This document shows, piece after piece, positions 30,430-41,475 of a DNA stretch of 64,000 bases. Where the stretch lies: assembly GCA_028291985.1 (NCBI GenBank), contig JAQGNE010000061.1:9713-73712 (forward strand), written 5' to 3'. The notes beneath the pieces were generated by a model. It saw nothing but the letters and a program-made list of their open reading frames with translations. It did not search any database and was not told the DNA's origin. A program made the position numbers and the translations under genes. Within the stretch, counting starts at the first letter, position 1, and every line of letters begins with the position of its first letter. Source of the DNA: Polaromonas sp. (GTDB lineage: Bacteria; Pseudomonadota; Gammaproteobacteria; Burkholderiales; Burkholderiaceae_C).

Positions 30430-32034
30430 ATGAATCAGCCGCTTCTGGAGGTCAGCAACCTGCGCATTTCGTTTGCCGGAAAAGAGGTTGTTCACGGCAT
30501 TGATTTTTCAATCGCACCGGGCGAAAAGCTTGCGCTGGTCGGCGAGTCGGGGTCCGGAAAAACCGTCACGGCCTTAAGCCTGTTGCGGCTGGCGCAGGAT
30601 GCATCCGTCAGCGGAAGTGCGGTCTTTCAGGGTCAGGCCGGCCCGAGCGATTTGCTGGCTCTGTCGGAGCGCCAATTGCGCGGTATTCGCGGCCAGGACA
30701 TCTCGATGATTTTTCAGGAGCCGATGACGGCCCTGAATCCGCTGTTCAGCGTGGGTGATCAGATTGCCGAGGTTTTAGAGCTAAAAACAGGCCTAGCACG
30801 CATATCTGCTTGGAATGAAGCTATTGAATTGCTAGCAAGCACCGGTATTGCAGAACCCGCGCGGCGCGCGCGCTCGTTTCCGCATCAGCTCTCGGGCGGC
30901 CAACGCCAGCGCGCCATGATTGCGATGGCCCTGGCCTGCAAGCCCAGGCTGCTGCTGGCTGACGAGCCCACCACGGCGCTGGATGTCACCGTGCGGAGCC
31001 AGATCCTGGACGTGCTGGCCAACCTGCAGCGGCAAACCGGCATGGCGGTGTTGATGATCACGCATGACCTCAACCTGGTGCGCCGCTTTGCCACACGGGT
31101 GGCCGTGATGGAAAACGGCCATATCGTGGAGCAAGGAACGGTCGACGATGTCTTCCAGCGTCCGCAGCACGCCTACACACGCAAGCTGATCGACAGCACG
31201 CCAACCCGTGACGAGCATGAAGCCCGGCCTGACGCCTCGCTCCCGCCGGTGATGAAAGCCCGGGCGCTTCGCGTCAGCTATCCGGTACGTACGCCCGGCT
31301 TCAAAGGCTGGTTCAAGGCCGGGCAGTTTGTGGCGGTGCAGGATGCCAGCTTTGAGATTCCGGCTGGCCAAACGCTGGGCGTGATCGGCGAATCAGGCTC
31401 TGGCAAGTCCAGTCTTGCACTGGCGGCTTTGGGCTTGCATCCGCACAGCGGCCAGCTTGAAGTTGTCGGCAAGGGCTGGAGCGGCAGCACAGCCGCCAAC
31501 AAGGCCTTGCGACGCGCAGTGCAGGTGGTGTTTCAGGATCCCTTTTCATCGCTGTCGCCACGGATGACGATCGGTGAAATCGTCGGCGAGGGGCTTGATG
31601 TGCATCAGCCGGGGCTTTTGTCTGCCGAGCGCCGTCAGCGCGTCGTACGGGCGCTTTCCGATGTCGGCATGCATCAGACGCTCTTTCCTGGCCTGCTTCA
31701 ACGCTATCCGCATGAGTTTTCAGGCGGGCAGCGTCAGCGGATTGCGATTGCCAGAGCCTTGATCGTTGAACCTCAACTGCTGGTATTGGACGAACCCACC
31801 AGCGCACTTGACGTGACCATCCAAAAGCAGGTTCTGCAATTGCTGCAGCGCTTGCAACGGGAGCGCGGCCTGAGCTATCTGCTGATCACCCACGATGTCG
31901 ATGTGATTCGCGCCATGGCTCACCGGGTGCTGGTGATGAAAAGCGGCAAGGTCATAGAAAGCGGCACTGCGGCAGAGGTGCTGCGATCGCCGCAGCAGGC
32001 CTACACCCGTATCCTTGTGGCTGCTCCGGGCTGA
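30430..32034 (+). CDS. yejF: Peptide ABC transporter ATPase with two NBDs (YejF)
   Basis: Two Walker A (GESGSGKT, GESGSGKS), two LSGGQRQR/FSGGQRQR, two DEPT motifs. Confidence 0.93.
   Translation: MNQPLLEVSNLRISFAGKEVVHGIDFSIAPGEKLALVGESGSGKTVTALSLLRLAQDASVSGSAVFQGQAGPSDLLALSERQLRGIRGQDISMIFQEPMTALNPLFSVGDQIAEVLELKTGLARISAWNEAIELLASTGIAEPARRARSFPHQLSGGQRQRAMIAMALACKPRLLLADEPTTALDVTVRSQILDVLANLQRQTGMAVLMITHDLNLVRRFATRVAVMENGHIVEQGTVDDVFQRPQHAYTRKLIDSTPTRDEHEARPDASLPPVMKARALRVSYPVRTPGFKGWFKAGQFVAVQDASFEIPAGQTLGVIGESGSGKSSLALAALGLHPHSGQLEVVGKGWSGSTAANKALRRAVQVVFQDPFSSLSPRMTIGEIVGEGLDVHQPGLLSAERRQRVVRALSDVGMHQTLFPGLLQRYPHEFSGGQRQRIAIARALIVEPQLLVLDEPTSALDVTIQKQVLQLLQRLQRERGLSYLLITHDVDVIRAMAHRVLVMKSGKVIESGTAAEVLRSPQQAYTRILVAAPG
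30783..30837 (+). repeat. 55-bp double-dyad element, copy 4 (in frame within yejF, degenerate first stem)
   Basis: AAAAACAGGCCTAGCAC-GCATATCTGCT-TGGAATG-AAGCTATTGAATTGCTAGCA; local burst of A/T-ending codons. Confidence 0.65.
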
Positions 32035-32071
32035 AAGCGCTCACGAAATAAGATTCAAGCAGGCCTCGGGC

Positions 32072-32100
32072 TTGCTTCGACGCGTTTTACGGCATATAAT
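32072..32100 (+). promoter_or_regulatory. Sigma70 promoter of the rimP-nusA-infB operon
   Basis: TTGCTT-N17-TATAAT. Confidence 0.75.
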
Positions 32101-32115
32101 CCCATCTTCACGACC

Positions 32116-32147
32116 AAATGGGCGGGTTCACACCGCCCATTTTTTTT
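32116..32147 (+). promoter_or_regulatory. Leader terminator hairpin upstream of rimP (rimP-leader-like attenuator)
   Basis: AAATGGGCGG-GTTCACA-CCGCCCATTTTTTTT located between the promoter and the rimP start. Confidence 0.8.
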
Positions 32148-32218
32148 GGGCGTTTGTTTTTGGTGCCTGTATTTTTTTAAAATTCGATTTTCCCGCTGAA
32201 GAAACACTGCCGAGCTGA

Positions 32219-32905
32219 ATGACCATTCAAAGTACGCCTCACACCACTGATGAAACGATCAGCCAGACCGTTACCGGACTGGGGTATGAGCTTGTTGATA
32301 TTGAGCGAACCGCCGGCGGCCTGCTGCGTGTCACGATTGACATGCCCTACACGCCAGAGGCCGAGCAGTTCATCAATGCGGAAGATTGCGAGAAGGTCAC
32401 GCGCCAGCTTCAGTTTGTGCTCGAAGTCGAAGGCGCTGCTTATTCCCGGCTTGAGGTGAGTTCGCCCGGCATCGACAGGCCGTTGCGTAGCGAAAAAGAT
32501 TTCGAGCGATTTGCCGGCGAGTTGATCGACATCACCCTGAAGGCGCCGATTGGCGCGGCGGCTGTTGCCGGATCCACCATTTCGGCCAATCAGAAAAAGT
32601 TTCGCGGCACACTGGGGCGCCCGGAGCCGGACGACAAGAACACCGACCCTGCTGTTGCGGCAACCAGCGGCTGGCAGATCGTCTGGAGGGACGAGCCTGC
32701 CGTCAAGCCCGGGCAAAAAGTCAGCAAAAAACGGGTCGCCGCACCGCTGCAGGCACTTGGCTTCACGCTCGACGAAGTCCAGTCAGCGCGTCTGGCGCCG
32801 GTGGTGGACTTTAAAGGTCGCAAACCCAAAAGCGCCAGGTCCGCTGATGTGCTTACAGATGCAGAGGCAGAGGCAGATGCATCAGACGCCGGCGCGAACG
32901 AATAA
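32219..32905 (+). CDS. rimP: Ribosome maturation factor RimP
   Basis: GYELVDIE, LLRVTID, EDCEKVTRQL, RLEVSSPGIDRPL. Confidence 0.95.
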   Translation: MTIQSTPHTTDETISQTVTGLGYELVDIERTAGGLLRVTIDMPYTPEAEQFINAEDCEKVTRQLQFVLEVEGAAYSRLEVSSPGIDRPLRSEKDFERFAGELIDITLKAPIGAAAVAGSTISANQKKFRGTLGRPEPDDKNTDPAVAATSGWQIVWRDEPAVKPGQKVSKKRVAAPLQALGFTLDEVQSARLAPVVDFKGRKPKSARSADVLTDAEAEADASDAGANE

Positions 32906-32944
32906 TCAGAATATGTTGAAAAATTTGAGTGAAAGGCTTGTGAA

Positions 32945-34501
32945 ATGAACCGCGAAATGTTGATGTTGGTTGATGCCATCTCGCGCGAGAAAAATGTCGA
33001 ACGCGACGTGGTTTTCGGCGCCGTTGAGCTCGCCCTTGCGCAAGCCACCAAAAAGGTCTATTCCGGCGAGGTGGACATCCGCGTTGCGGTGGACCGCGAC
33101 AGCGGCAATTACGAGACTTTTCGCCGCTGGCTGGTAGTCCCCGACGAAGCGGGCCTGCAAAACCCGGAAGCTGAAGAACTGGTCAGCGATGCACGGGACG
33201 AAATTCCCGATATCGAGGAAGGGGACTTCATCGAAAAGCCGGTTGAAAGCCTGCCCATCGGACGCATCGGCGCACAGGCCGCCAAGCAGGTGATCCTGCA
33301 AAAGATTCGCGATGCCGAACGGGAAATGCTGCTGACCGAATTCATGTCGCGTGGCGACAAGATATTTGTCGGCACCGTCAAACGCATGGATAAGGGCGAC
33401 ATCATTGTGGAGTCGGGCAGGGTTGAAGGTCGCCTCCGCCGCAGCGACATGATCCCGAAGGAAAACCTGCGCTCGGGCGACCGGGTGCGCGCCATGATCA
33501 TGGAAGTCGACACGACCCTGCGTGGCGCGCCCATCATCCTGTCGCGCACAGCTCCCGAGTACATGATCGAGCTGTTTCGCCAGGAAGTTCCCGAAATCGA
33601 GCAGGGCCTGCTTGAGATCAAGTCCTGCGCACGCGACCCTGGCTCGCGCGCCAAGATCGCCGTGCTGTCGCATGACAAGCGGGTCGACCCTATCGGTACC
33701 TGCGTCGGCGTACGTGGCACCCGCGTCAACGGCGTTACCAATGAACTGGCTGGCGAGCGTGTGGATATCGTGCTGTGGAGCGAAGACCCAGCCCAATTTG
33801 TGATTGGTGCGCTGGCGCCGGCCAATGTCTCATCCATCGTCGTTGATGAAGAACGCCACGCGATGGACGTGGTGGTCGATGAAGAAAACCTGGCGATTTC
33901 AATCGGACGCGGCGGACAGAATGTGCGCCTGGCTGCTGAACTGACAGGCTGGAAGATCAACATCATGACGGCTGACGAGTCAGCCGAAAAGCAGGCTACC
34001 GAAACCGATAGCAGCCGCAAGCTCTTCATGGCGAAGCTGGATGTCGATGAAGAAATCGCCGACATTCTGATTTCGGAAGGCTTCACCAGCCTGGAAGAAG
34101 TGGCTTATGTGCCTATCCAGGAAATGCTAGAGATCGAGTCTTTTGATGAAGACACCGTGAACGAGCTGCGCACGCGCGCCAAGGACGCCTTGCTGACGAT
34201 GGAGATCGCCAAGGAAGAAAACGCTGAAGGCGTTTCGCAGAAACTGCGCGATGTCGAGGGCTTAACCCCCGAGCTGATCGAAAAATTGATAGCAGCGGGC
34301 ATCAACACCCGCGACGACCTGGCCGACCTGGCCGTGGACGAACTCACCGATATCACCGGCCAGTCTGCGGACGAGGCCAAGGCCCTGATCATGACTGCGA
34401 GAGCGCATTGGTTTACCGATGACGCAGCATCTCCTGATGCTGATGCGACTGCAGCAGCGAACTCGAACACCGCTGCGACCGCAGCGGTGAACGAGCAATG
34501 A
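32945..34501 (+). CDS. nusA: Transcription factor NusA
   Basis: [52 protein letters not shown]. Confidence 0.97.
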   Translation: MNREMLMLVDAISREKNVERDVVFGAVELALAQATKKVYSGEVDIRVAVDRDSGNYETFRRWLVVPDEAGLQNPEAEELVSDARDEIPDIEEGDFIEKPVESLPIGRIGAQAAKQVILQKIRDAEREMLLTEFMSRGDKIFVGTVKRMDKGDIIVESGRVEGRLRRSDMIPKENLRSGDRVRAMIMEVDTTLRGAPIILSRTAPEYMIELFRQEVPEIEQGLLEIKSCARDPGSRAKIAVLSHDKRVDPIGTCVGVRGTRVNGVTNELAGERVDIVLWSEDPAQFVIGALAPANVSSIVVDEERHAMDVVVDEENLAISIGRGGQNVRLAAELTGWKINIMTADESAEKQATETDSSRKLFMAKLDVDEEIADILISEGFTSLEEVAYVPIQEMLEIESFDEDTVNELRTRAKDALLTMEIAKEENAEGVSQKLRDVEGLTPELIEKLIAAGINTRDDLADLAVDELTDITGQSADEAKALIMTARAHWFTDDAASPDADATAAANSNTAATAAVNEQ

Positions 34502-34528
34502 TCATGAAGGCCAGTCAGGAAACCAAAT

Positions 34529-37474
34529 ATGTCCAGTACCACTACCGTCGCTGAATTCGCAGCTGAACTGAATAAATCAACCAACACCCTGATCGAGCAA
34601 TTGACCAGTGCGGGGGTGGCCCAGGTGCAGGCGGGTGACCGCCTGTCCGAGGCCGACAAGCAAAAACTGCTGGGATATCTCCAGGCCAGCCATGGAACGG
34701 TTGCGCCCGAGCGCAAAAAGATCACGCTGGTCAAGAAATCCACTAGCGAGATCAAGCAGGCCGACTCCACCGGCAAGGCGCGCACGATCCAGGTCGAGGT
34801 GCGCAAAAAACGTACTTTTGTCAAACGCGACGACGGCTCGGATGGGTCGGTCGAAGACGTCCAGCCTGAACCGGCAGCCGCGCCTGCAGCGCCGGCTATC
34901 GACCGCGCTGAATTGTTGCGCCGCGAAGAAGAAGCCAACCGCCATGCCGAGCTGCTTCGCCGCCAGGAACAGGAGCTTTCTGAAAAGCGCCGTCTGCGCG
35001 AAGAGCACGACGCCCGCGAAACCGCACGTGAACAGGCCGAAGCTGCTGCTGCCGAAAAAGCGCAGGTAGAACAGAAGGCGATTGCGGACGCGGCGGCAAC
35101 AGCGGCCGCTGCTGCCGCATTGGCGGCTCCGGTTGTCAAGCCGACCATAGGGAAGATATTCAAGCCAGCGCCCGTCGTTGATGCAAAAGCGGTTCAGGCG
35201 GCCGAAGCTGCCGCCGCAGCGCAAGCCCAGAAAACCGCTGACGCTGCCACCGCACAAGCCGCAGCCCAGGTTGCAGCCAAGGCCAAGGCCACCGCCGAGT
35301 TTCAGGCTGATGCCGTAAAGGCGCAGGATTTGCAGGATCGTCGACGCAAGGCCGAGGCTGAAGCTGCTGGCATACGGGCGATGATGTCCGCGCCAAAACG
35401 TGTTTTGGTGCCGCATGTCGACCCGAAGGCTGCCATCAAGGGCACACTGCACAAGCCAGCGGTGGTTCCCGGCGCTATCAGGCCCGGAGCGGCGGGCGCT
35501 ACTGCAGCGGCACCAGGCGCTGCGGGCAAAAAAGAAGTCAAGTCGGAAAACCTGTCCTCGACCTGGAAAGATGACGCCGCCAAGAAGAAGGCGCTGCCCA
35601 CGCGTGGTGCAACAGCGACGCCCGGACGGGGCAACTTCCGGGGCGGCCCTCGTGGGCGCCGTACCAACGACCGCGATGCGCGCCCTGAATCCAGCTTTGT
35701 GGCGCCATCCGAGTTCAAGGTCATCGAGGTGCATGTGCCTGAAACCATCACGGTTTCGGAGCTGGCCCACAAGATGAGCGTGAAATCGTCAGAGGTTATC
35801 AAGCACCTGATGAAGCTCGGCCAGATGGTCACCATCAACCAGCCACTGGACCAGGACACCGCGATGATCGTGGTGGAAGAGATGGGTCACAAAGCAGTGA
35901 CGGCAGCGCTGGACGATCCGGAAGCCTTTACTGACGAAGACGTGCAGGGCGCACAGGCAGAAGCCCTGCCGCGCGCGCCGGTGGTGACCGTCATGGGCCA
36001 CGTCGACCACGGCAAAACCTCTTTGCTGGACTACATTCGCCGGGCCAAGGTGGCTTCGGGCGAGGCTGGCGGCATTACGCAGCACATCGGCGCCTATCAC
36101 GTCGAGACACCGCGCGGGATGGTGTCCTTTCTGGACACGCCGGGCCACGAAGCGTTTACCGCCATGCGTGCCCGCGGCGCGCAGGCCACCGACATCGTGA
36201 TTCTCGTGGTCGCGGCAGATGACGGCGTAATGCCGCAAACCCGCGAGGCGATCAAGCATGCCAAGGCGGCAGGCGTTCCGATCGTCGTTGCCATCAACAA
36301 GATAGACAAGCCCGGCGTCAACCTGGAGCGGATCAAGGGTGAACTGGTAACAGAGCAGGTGGTGCCTGAAGAATTCGGCGGTGATTCGCCTTTTGTACCA
36401 GTCTCCGCTCATACTGGCGCTGGCATCGACACACTGCTGGAGCAGGTCTTGCTGCAGGCTGAAATACTGGAACTTCGCGCTCCGGTTGATGCGCTGGCCA
36501 AGGGCCTGGTGATCGAGGCCCGGCTGGACAAGGGACGCGGTCCGGTTGCAACCGTGCTGGTGCAGTCCGGCACGCTGAAAGCAGGCGATGTGGTGCTCGC
36601 AGGATCGACTTATGGCCGCGTGCGCGCGATGCTGGACGAAAACGGCAAGCCGATCAAGACTGCAGGCCCGTCAATCCCGGTTGAAATCCAGGGTCTGACA
36701 GATGTTCCGCAAGCTGGTGACGACTTCATTGTCATGCTGGACGAGCGCCGCGCACGTGAGGTTGCCACTTACCGCGCGGGCAAGTTCCGCAATACCAAGC
36801 TGGCCAAGCAGCAGGCGTCCAAGCTGGAAAACATGTTTTCCGACATCAATGCCGGCGAGGTCAAGATGCTGCCGATCATCATCAAGGCCGATGTGCAGGG
36901 TTCGCAGGAAGCGCTGTCGCAGTCGCTGCTCAAGCTGTCGACCGAAGAGGTAAAAGTCCAGCTGGTCTACTCGGGCGTCGGCGGCATTTCCGAGTCCGAT
37001 GTCAACCTGGCTATTGCATCGAAGGCAGTTCTGATCGGCTTCAATACCCGTGCAGACGCTCAGGCGCGCAAGCAGGCTGAAAACAACGGCATTGACATTC
37101 GTTACTACAACATCATTTATGACGCTGTGGACGAACTCAAGGCTGCGATGTCGGGCATGCTGACGCCAGACAAGAAGGAAGAGATCATCGGCACAGCCGA
37201 AATTCGCACCATCTTCAAGGTCAGCAAGATTGGCTCGATTGCGGGTTGCATGGTCACGGCCGGCGTGGTTCGCCGCGCTGCACGCCTGCGCCTCCTGCGC
37301 CAGAACGTCGTGGTTTTCACCGGCGAACTCGATTCGCTCAAGCGCTTCAAGGACGATGTCCGCGAAGTGAAGGAAGGCTTCGAATGCGGTTTGAATATCA
37401 AGAACTACAACGACATCCACGAAGGTGATGTACTGGAATTCTTCGAGATCAAAGAGGTTGCACGTACGCTTTAA
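34529..37474 (+). CDS. infB: Translation initiation factor IF-2
   Basis: [43 protein letters not shown]. Confidence 0.98.
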   Translation: MSSTTTVAEFAAELNKSTNTLIEQLTSAGVAQVQAGDRLSEADKQKLLGYLQASHGTVAPERKKITLVKKSTSEIKQADSTGKARTIQVEVRKKRTFVKRDDGSDGSVEDVQPEPAAAPAAPAIDRAELLRREEEANRHAELLRRQEQELSEKRRLREEHDARETAREQAEAAAAEKAQVEQKAIADAAATAAAAAALAAPVVKPTIGKIFKPAPVVDAKAVQAAEAAAAAQAQKTADAATAQAAAQVAAKAKATAEFQADAVKAQDLQDRRRKAEAEAAGIRAMMSAPKRVLVPHVDPKAAIKGTLHKPAVVPGAIRPGAAGATAAAPGAAGKKEVKSENLSSTWKDDAAKKKALPTRGATATPGRGNFRGGPRGRRTNDRDARPESSFVAPSEFKVIEVHVPETITVSELAHKMSVKSSEVIKHLMKLGQMVTINQPLDQDTAMIVVEEMGHKAVTAALDDPEAFTDEDVQGAQAEALPRAPVVTVMGHVDHGKTSLLDYIRRAKVASGEAGGITQHIGAYHVETPRGMVSFLDTPGHEAFTAMRARGAQATDIVILVVAADDGVMPQTREAIKHAKAAGVPIVVAINKIDKPGVNLERIKGELVTEQVVPEEFGGDSPFVPVSAHTGAGIDTLLEQVLLQAEILELRAPVDALAKGLVIEARLDKGRGPVATVLVQSGTLKAGDVVLAGSTYGRVRAMLDENGKPIKTAGPSIPVEIQGLTDVPQAGDDFIVMLDERRAREVATYRAGKFRNTKLAKQQASKLENMFSDINAGEVKMLPIIIKADVQGSQEALSQSLLKLSTEEVKVQLVYSGVGGISESDVNLAIASKAVLIGFNTRADAQARKQAENNGIDIRYYNIIYDAVDELKAAMSGMLTPDKKEEIIGTAEIRTIFKVSKIGSIAGCMVTAGVVRRAARLRLLRQNVVVFTGELDSLKRFKDDVREVKEGFECGLNIKNYNDIHEGDVLEFFEIKEVARTL

Positions 37475-37574
37475 AGAGCAGAGCTGAGCGGTGTGTTGCA
37501 GCGCAAGCCCTGGCCTGAAAAGGTCAGGCGCAGCGCCACCCACACCGTTTTTGCAACGCTTGCGATGTAATCCC

Positions 37575-37946
37575 ATGGCCAAAAAAAAATCTTCAACACC
37601 GAACCGCGGCTTTCGCGTTGCCGATCAGATCCAGCGTGATTTGACGGAGCTGATCGCACGCGAGCTGAAGGACCCCCGCGTGGGCATGGTCACTGTGCAA
37701 TCTGTCGAGGTGACTGCAGACTACGCCCATGCCAAGGTGTATTTCAGCGTGCTGGTGGGTGACCCGCAAGCCTGCGAGGAAGCACTCAACCAGGCGGCAG
37801 GGTTCTTGCGCAACGGCCTCTTCAAGCGGCTGATGACACACACCGTTCCAACCCTTCACTTTCATTTTGACCGCACCACCGAACGGGCGGCAGACATGAA
37901 TGCCTTGATCGCCAAGGCAGTTTCCTCCCGCGCTCAAGACGACTGA
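37575..37946 (+). CDS. rbfA: Ribosome-binding factor A
   Basis: [27 protein letters not shown]. Confidence 0.95.
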   Translation: MAKKKSSTPNRGFRVADQIQRDLTELIARELKDPRVGMVTVQSVEVTADYAHAKVYFSVLVGDPQACEEALNQAAGFLRNGLFKRLMTHTVPTLHFHFDRTTERAADMNALIAKAVSSRAQDD

Positions 37947-37949
37947 AGC

Positions 37950-38029
37950 GTACCGTTCCCCTTTGACAGGCTCGGGGTGAACGGTACCCCCTGCGAGCGG
38001 TGTGTCCGTTCGCGTTGAGCTTATCGAAA
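37950..38029. repeat. REP-like imperfect inverted repeat between rbfA and truB
   Basis: Arms CTTTGACAGGCTCGGGGTGAACGG (37961-37984) and CCGTTCGCGTTGAGCTTATCGAAA (38006-38029); alternative GTACCGTTC/GAACGGTAC stem. Confidence 0.7.
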
Positions 38030-38034
38030 CGCTT

Positions 38035-39063
38035 ATGCCGCCATCCACTGTTTCCCGCCAGAAAATTCAGCGACGTCCCGTTCACGGCGTGCTGCTGCTC
38101 GACAAGCCGCTGGGCTTATCGAGCAACCAGGCGCTGCAAAAGGCAAAGTGGCTGTTGCGCGCTGAAAAAGCTGGCCATACCGGCACGCTGGACCCGCTTG
38201 CAACCGGCGTGTTGCCGCTGTGTTTTGGAGCCGCCACGAAGTTCAGCCAGATGCAACTGGAGGCCGACAAGACCTATGAAGCCCTACTGATCCTGGGCGT
38301 TAAAACCACCACCGCTGACGCCGAGGGCGACGTGATCGAGAGGCGGGCAGTGCCGCCCATCACGCCGGAGTTGCTGGCGGATCTGACGCACCGTTTCACC
38401 GGCCCGCTGAAGCAGGTTCCGCCGATGTACTCCGCGCTGAAGAAGGACGGCAAGGCGCTGTACGAATATGCCAGGGCTGGCCGTGAAGTAGAGCGTGAGG
38501 CACGTCATATCACCGTTTTTAAGCTAAATATGACTTCAGCCCAGGATCCACTTGGGCTGGTAGCTATTAAAATCATAGTGTCATGTAGCAAGGGGACCTA
38601 TATCCGCACGCTCGGTGAAGACATCGGCGAGGCGATCGGTTGCGGCGCGCATTTGGGTTCGCTGCGCCGGATTGAAACCGGCGGCTTTACAGCCAGCCAG
38701 TGCATCAGCCTGGCCGCACTTGAAGCCATGACCGAAGCCGAACGCGATGCCCAGCTGCTACCGCCACAGTCACTGGTATCGGCTTTCCCGGTTGTCACAT
38801 TGGATGCCGACAATGCAGGACGTTTTTTAAGCGGGCTACGCCGCAGGGGCGAAGCCGGCCAGTTTGGCGACGATGCGCCACTGGTGCAGGTTTATGGCTC
38901 TGAGCCACGGGCGTTCCTGGGTTCAGCTCACATCACGGCCAATGAATTGATACCGCAACGTCTACTGAGCCCGGTTGAGGTGCAGGCGATCTGGCAGGCC
39001 GGCATGCAAAACATGCCGCCGGGCCTGCCCGTCTCGCATGCACAGCCCGCCTTGTCGGGCTAG
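38035..39063 (+). CDS. truB: tRNA pseudouridine(55) synthase
   Basis: GVLLLDKP, GHTGTLDPLATG, PMYSALK, CSKGTYIR. Confidence 0.96.
   Translation: MPPSTVSRQKIQRRPVHGVLLLDKPLGLSSNQALQKAKWLLRAEKAGHTGTLDPLATGVLPLCFGAATKFSQMQLEADKTYEALLILGVKTTTADAEGDVIERRAVPPITPELLADLTHRFTGPLKQVPPMYSALKKDGKALYEYARAGREVEREARHITVFKLNMTSAQDPLGLVAIKIIVSCSKGTYIRTLGEDIGEAIGCGAHLGSLRRIETGGFTASQCISLAALEAMTEAERDAQLLPPQSLVSAFPVVTLDADNAGRFLSGLRRRGEAGQFGDDAPLVQVYGSEPRAFLGSAHITANELIPQRLLSPVEVQAIWQAGMQNMPPGLPVSHAQPALSG
38526..38580 (+). repeat. 55-bp double-dyad element, copy 5 (in frame within truB)
   Basis: AAATATGACTTCAGCCC-AGGATCCACTT-GGGCTGG-TAGCTATTAAAATCATAGTG. Confidence 0.87.
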
Positions 39064-39144
39064 CACCGTCACTGTCGATCTTTTTCAGTTTTTATCTTTT
39101 CCCAGCTTCGAAGTTTTCCAGTTTCCAGTTCCAGAAAGCCAACC

Positions 39145-40968
39145 ATGAGTCACAAACAAATCCGCAATATTGCCATCATCGCCCACGTTGACCACGGCAA
39201 AACCACCATGGTTGACCAGCTCCTGCGCCAGTCCGGCACCTTTGCCGAGCACGAAAAAATGGTCGATACCGTGATGGACAACAACGCCATCGAAAAAGAG
39301 AGGGGCATCACCATCCTGGCCAAAAATTGCGCCGTAACCTGGGAAGGCACACACATCAACATCGTGGATACGCCTGGTCACGCCGACTTTGGCGGAGAGG
39401 TAGAGCGCGCACTGTCCATGGTTGACGGTGTTGTGCTGCTGATCGATGCCCAGGAAGGTCCAATGCCGCAAACCCGTTTTGTGACGAAAAAGGCGCTGGC
39501 TCTTGGTCTCAAGCCCATTCTGGTGGTCAACAAGGTCGACAAGCCCGGCGCTCGCCCTGATTACGTGGTCAATGCGGCCTTCGATCTGTTCGACAAGCTC
39601 GGCGCCACCGACGAACAGCTGGACTTTCCGGTCGTGTATGCATCCGGTATCAATGGCTGGTCTTCGCTGGAGGAGGGTCCGCCCAACGAACAGTGGGGCC
39701 CTGACATGTCGGCACTCTTCAACACCATCCTCAAGCATGTGCCTGCGCAAAAAGGTGATCCGGAAGCGCCTTTGCAGTTGCAGATATCCGCGCTGGACTT
39801 TTCAACCTTTGTGGGCCGTATCGGCGTGGGCCGCATCAGCCAGGGCACTATCAAACCGATGATGGACGTCGTGGTTATGGAAGGCCCGGACGGCAAGGCA
39901 GTGAAAGGCCGTATCAATCAGGTACTGACCTTTCAGGGCCTTGAGCGTGTACAAGCCACCGAGGCCGGCCCGGGCGAGATCGTACTGATCAACGGCCTCA
40001 CCGACATCGGCATCGGCGTCACCATCACCGACCCGATCAACCCAGCGCCGCTACCGATGCTGAAGGTTGATGAGCCAACCCTCACGATGAACTTTTGCGT
40101 CAACACCAGCCCGCTGGCTGGCCGTGAAGGCAAGTTCGTTACCAGCCGCCAGATCTGGGACCGTCTGCAAAAAGAGCTGCAGCACAACGTGGCGCTGCGG
40201 GTCAAGGAAACTGACGAGGAAGGTATTTTTGAAGTAATGGGCCGCGGCGAACTGCACCTGACCATTCTTCTCGAAAACATGCGCCGGGAAGGCTATGAGC
40301 TGGCGGTTTCCAAGCCCCGCGTGGTGATGAAGGACGTCAACGGTGAAAAGCATGAGCCTATTGAGCTCGTGACAGCCGACATCGAAGAGCAGCACCAGGG
40401 TGGCGTGATGCAGGCACTGGGCGAGCGCAAGGGCGACCTGAACAGCATGGAGCCGGACGGCCGTGGCCGGGTCCGGCTGGAGTACCGCATTCCTGCGCGG
40501 GGCCTGATCGGTTTCACCAACGAGTTTTTGAACCTGACGCGCGGCTCGGGGCTGATTTCCAACATCTTCGACAGCTATGAGCCGCACCGCGGCGAGATTG
40601 GTGGCCGCAAGAATGGTGTGCTGATCTCGATGGACGCTGGTGAAATTTTCACCTACGCCCTGGGCAAGCTCGACGACCGGGGCCGCATGTTCGTGCGCGC
40701 CAATGATCCGGTGTATGAGGGCATGATCGTCGGCATCCATTCACGGGACAACGATCTGGTGGTCAATGCCACGCGCACCAAGCAGCTTACCAACTTCCGC
40801 GTCAGTGGCAAGGAAGACGCGATCAAGATCACACCGCCTATCGAGCTGACGCTGGAATACGGTGTTGAGTTCATTGAGGACGACGAACTGGTCGAGATCA
40901 CGCCGAAATCGGTGCGGCTGCGCAAGCGCCATCTGACCGAAAGCGAGCGCAAGCGGGCAGGTCGCTAA
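39145..40968 (+). CDS. typA: Translational GTPase TypA/BipA
   Basis: [52 protein letters not shown]. Confidence 0.98.
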   Translation: MSHKQIRNIAIIAHVDHGKTTMVDQLLRQSGTFAEHEKMVDTVMDNNAIEKERGITILAKNCAVTWEGTHINIVDTPGHADFGGEVERALSMVDGVVLLIDAQEGPMPQTRFVTKKALALGLKPILVVNKVDKPGARPDYVVNAAFDLFDKLGATDEQLDFPVVYASGINGWSSLEEGPPNEQWGPDMSALFNTILKHVPAQKGDPEAPLQLQISALDFSTFVGRIGVGRISQGTIKPMMDVVVMEGPDGKAVKGRINQVLTFQGLERVQATEAGPGEIVLINGLTDIGIGVTITDPINPAPLPMLKVDEPTLTMNFCVNTSPLAGREGKFVTSRQIWDRLQKELQHNVALRVKETDEEGIFEVMGRGELHLTILLENMRREGYELAVSKPRVVMKDVNGEKHEPIELVTADIEEQHQGGVMQALGERKGDLNSMEPDGRGRVRLEYRIPARGLIGFTNEFLNLTRGSGLISNIFDSYEPHRGEIGGRKNGVLISMDAGEIFTYALGKLDDRGRMFVRANDPVYEGMIVGIHSRDNDLVVNATRTKQLTNFRVSGKEDAIKITPPIELTLEYGVEFIEDDELVEITPKSVRLRKRHLTESERKRAGR

Positions 40969-40994
40969 GTCGTTTTAGCCGGCCATTCTTAACG

Positions 40995-41049
40995 AAATAG
41001 CGCTACAGCCCTTGTAGAGCAAGGGCGAGGTGCTATACAAAAAAGAGCG
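40995..41049 (+). repeat. 55-bp double-dyad element, copy 6 (intergenic, overlaps the typA terminator)
   Basis: AAATAGCGCTACAGCCC-TTGTAGAGCAA-GGGCGAG-GTGCTATACAAAAAAGAGCG. Confidence 0.8.
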
Positions 41050-41072
41050 ACTTTACCGTCGCTCTTTTTTTT
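41039..41072 (+). terminator. Intrinsic terminator after typA
   Basis: AAAAAAGAGCGAC-TTTACC-GTCGCTCTTTTTTTT. Confidence 0.88.
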
Positions 41073-41475
41073 GACCTGCGATTACAGCCAGGGCGCCATG
41101 GAAGACGTTGTTTCAACGGTGCCAAGGTGTGTGATGTCAAGCATCGCCCAACGCGTCGGCAGCCGCTACCCTTCACCTCACTGGCCGCCTGACAAAAACG
41201 CAGGAATTTCGCCACCATTTGGCTGCCCGTTCCTCAAAATCAAAACAATTAGCCCCATCCTTTGTAGCCAAAAGCAATAGTCTGTTCGGGTGTTTCTGAA
41301 GCATTGACCGGTCTGATGTTCGATGCTTGAATGGCAAGAATTCAGGACCAGCAGGCCGGCAACAGATGAGCCAGGCAGGCGGCATGCGAATGTGCTGGGG
41401 GCAGCGCGAGGGGTTGATGAGCCGTCTTGGATCGACAACTCAGCAACCGTTGGGAACACAGACGAAAGGCGATTT

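Noticed and set aside
34420-35560. Ala-rich low-complexity runs in the nusA tail and the infB N-terminal region, and GCAGAG repeats in rimP
   Set aside because: Ordinary variable linkers of these proteins, not a repeat array.
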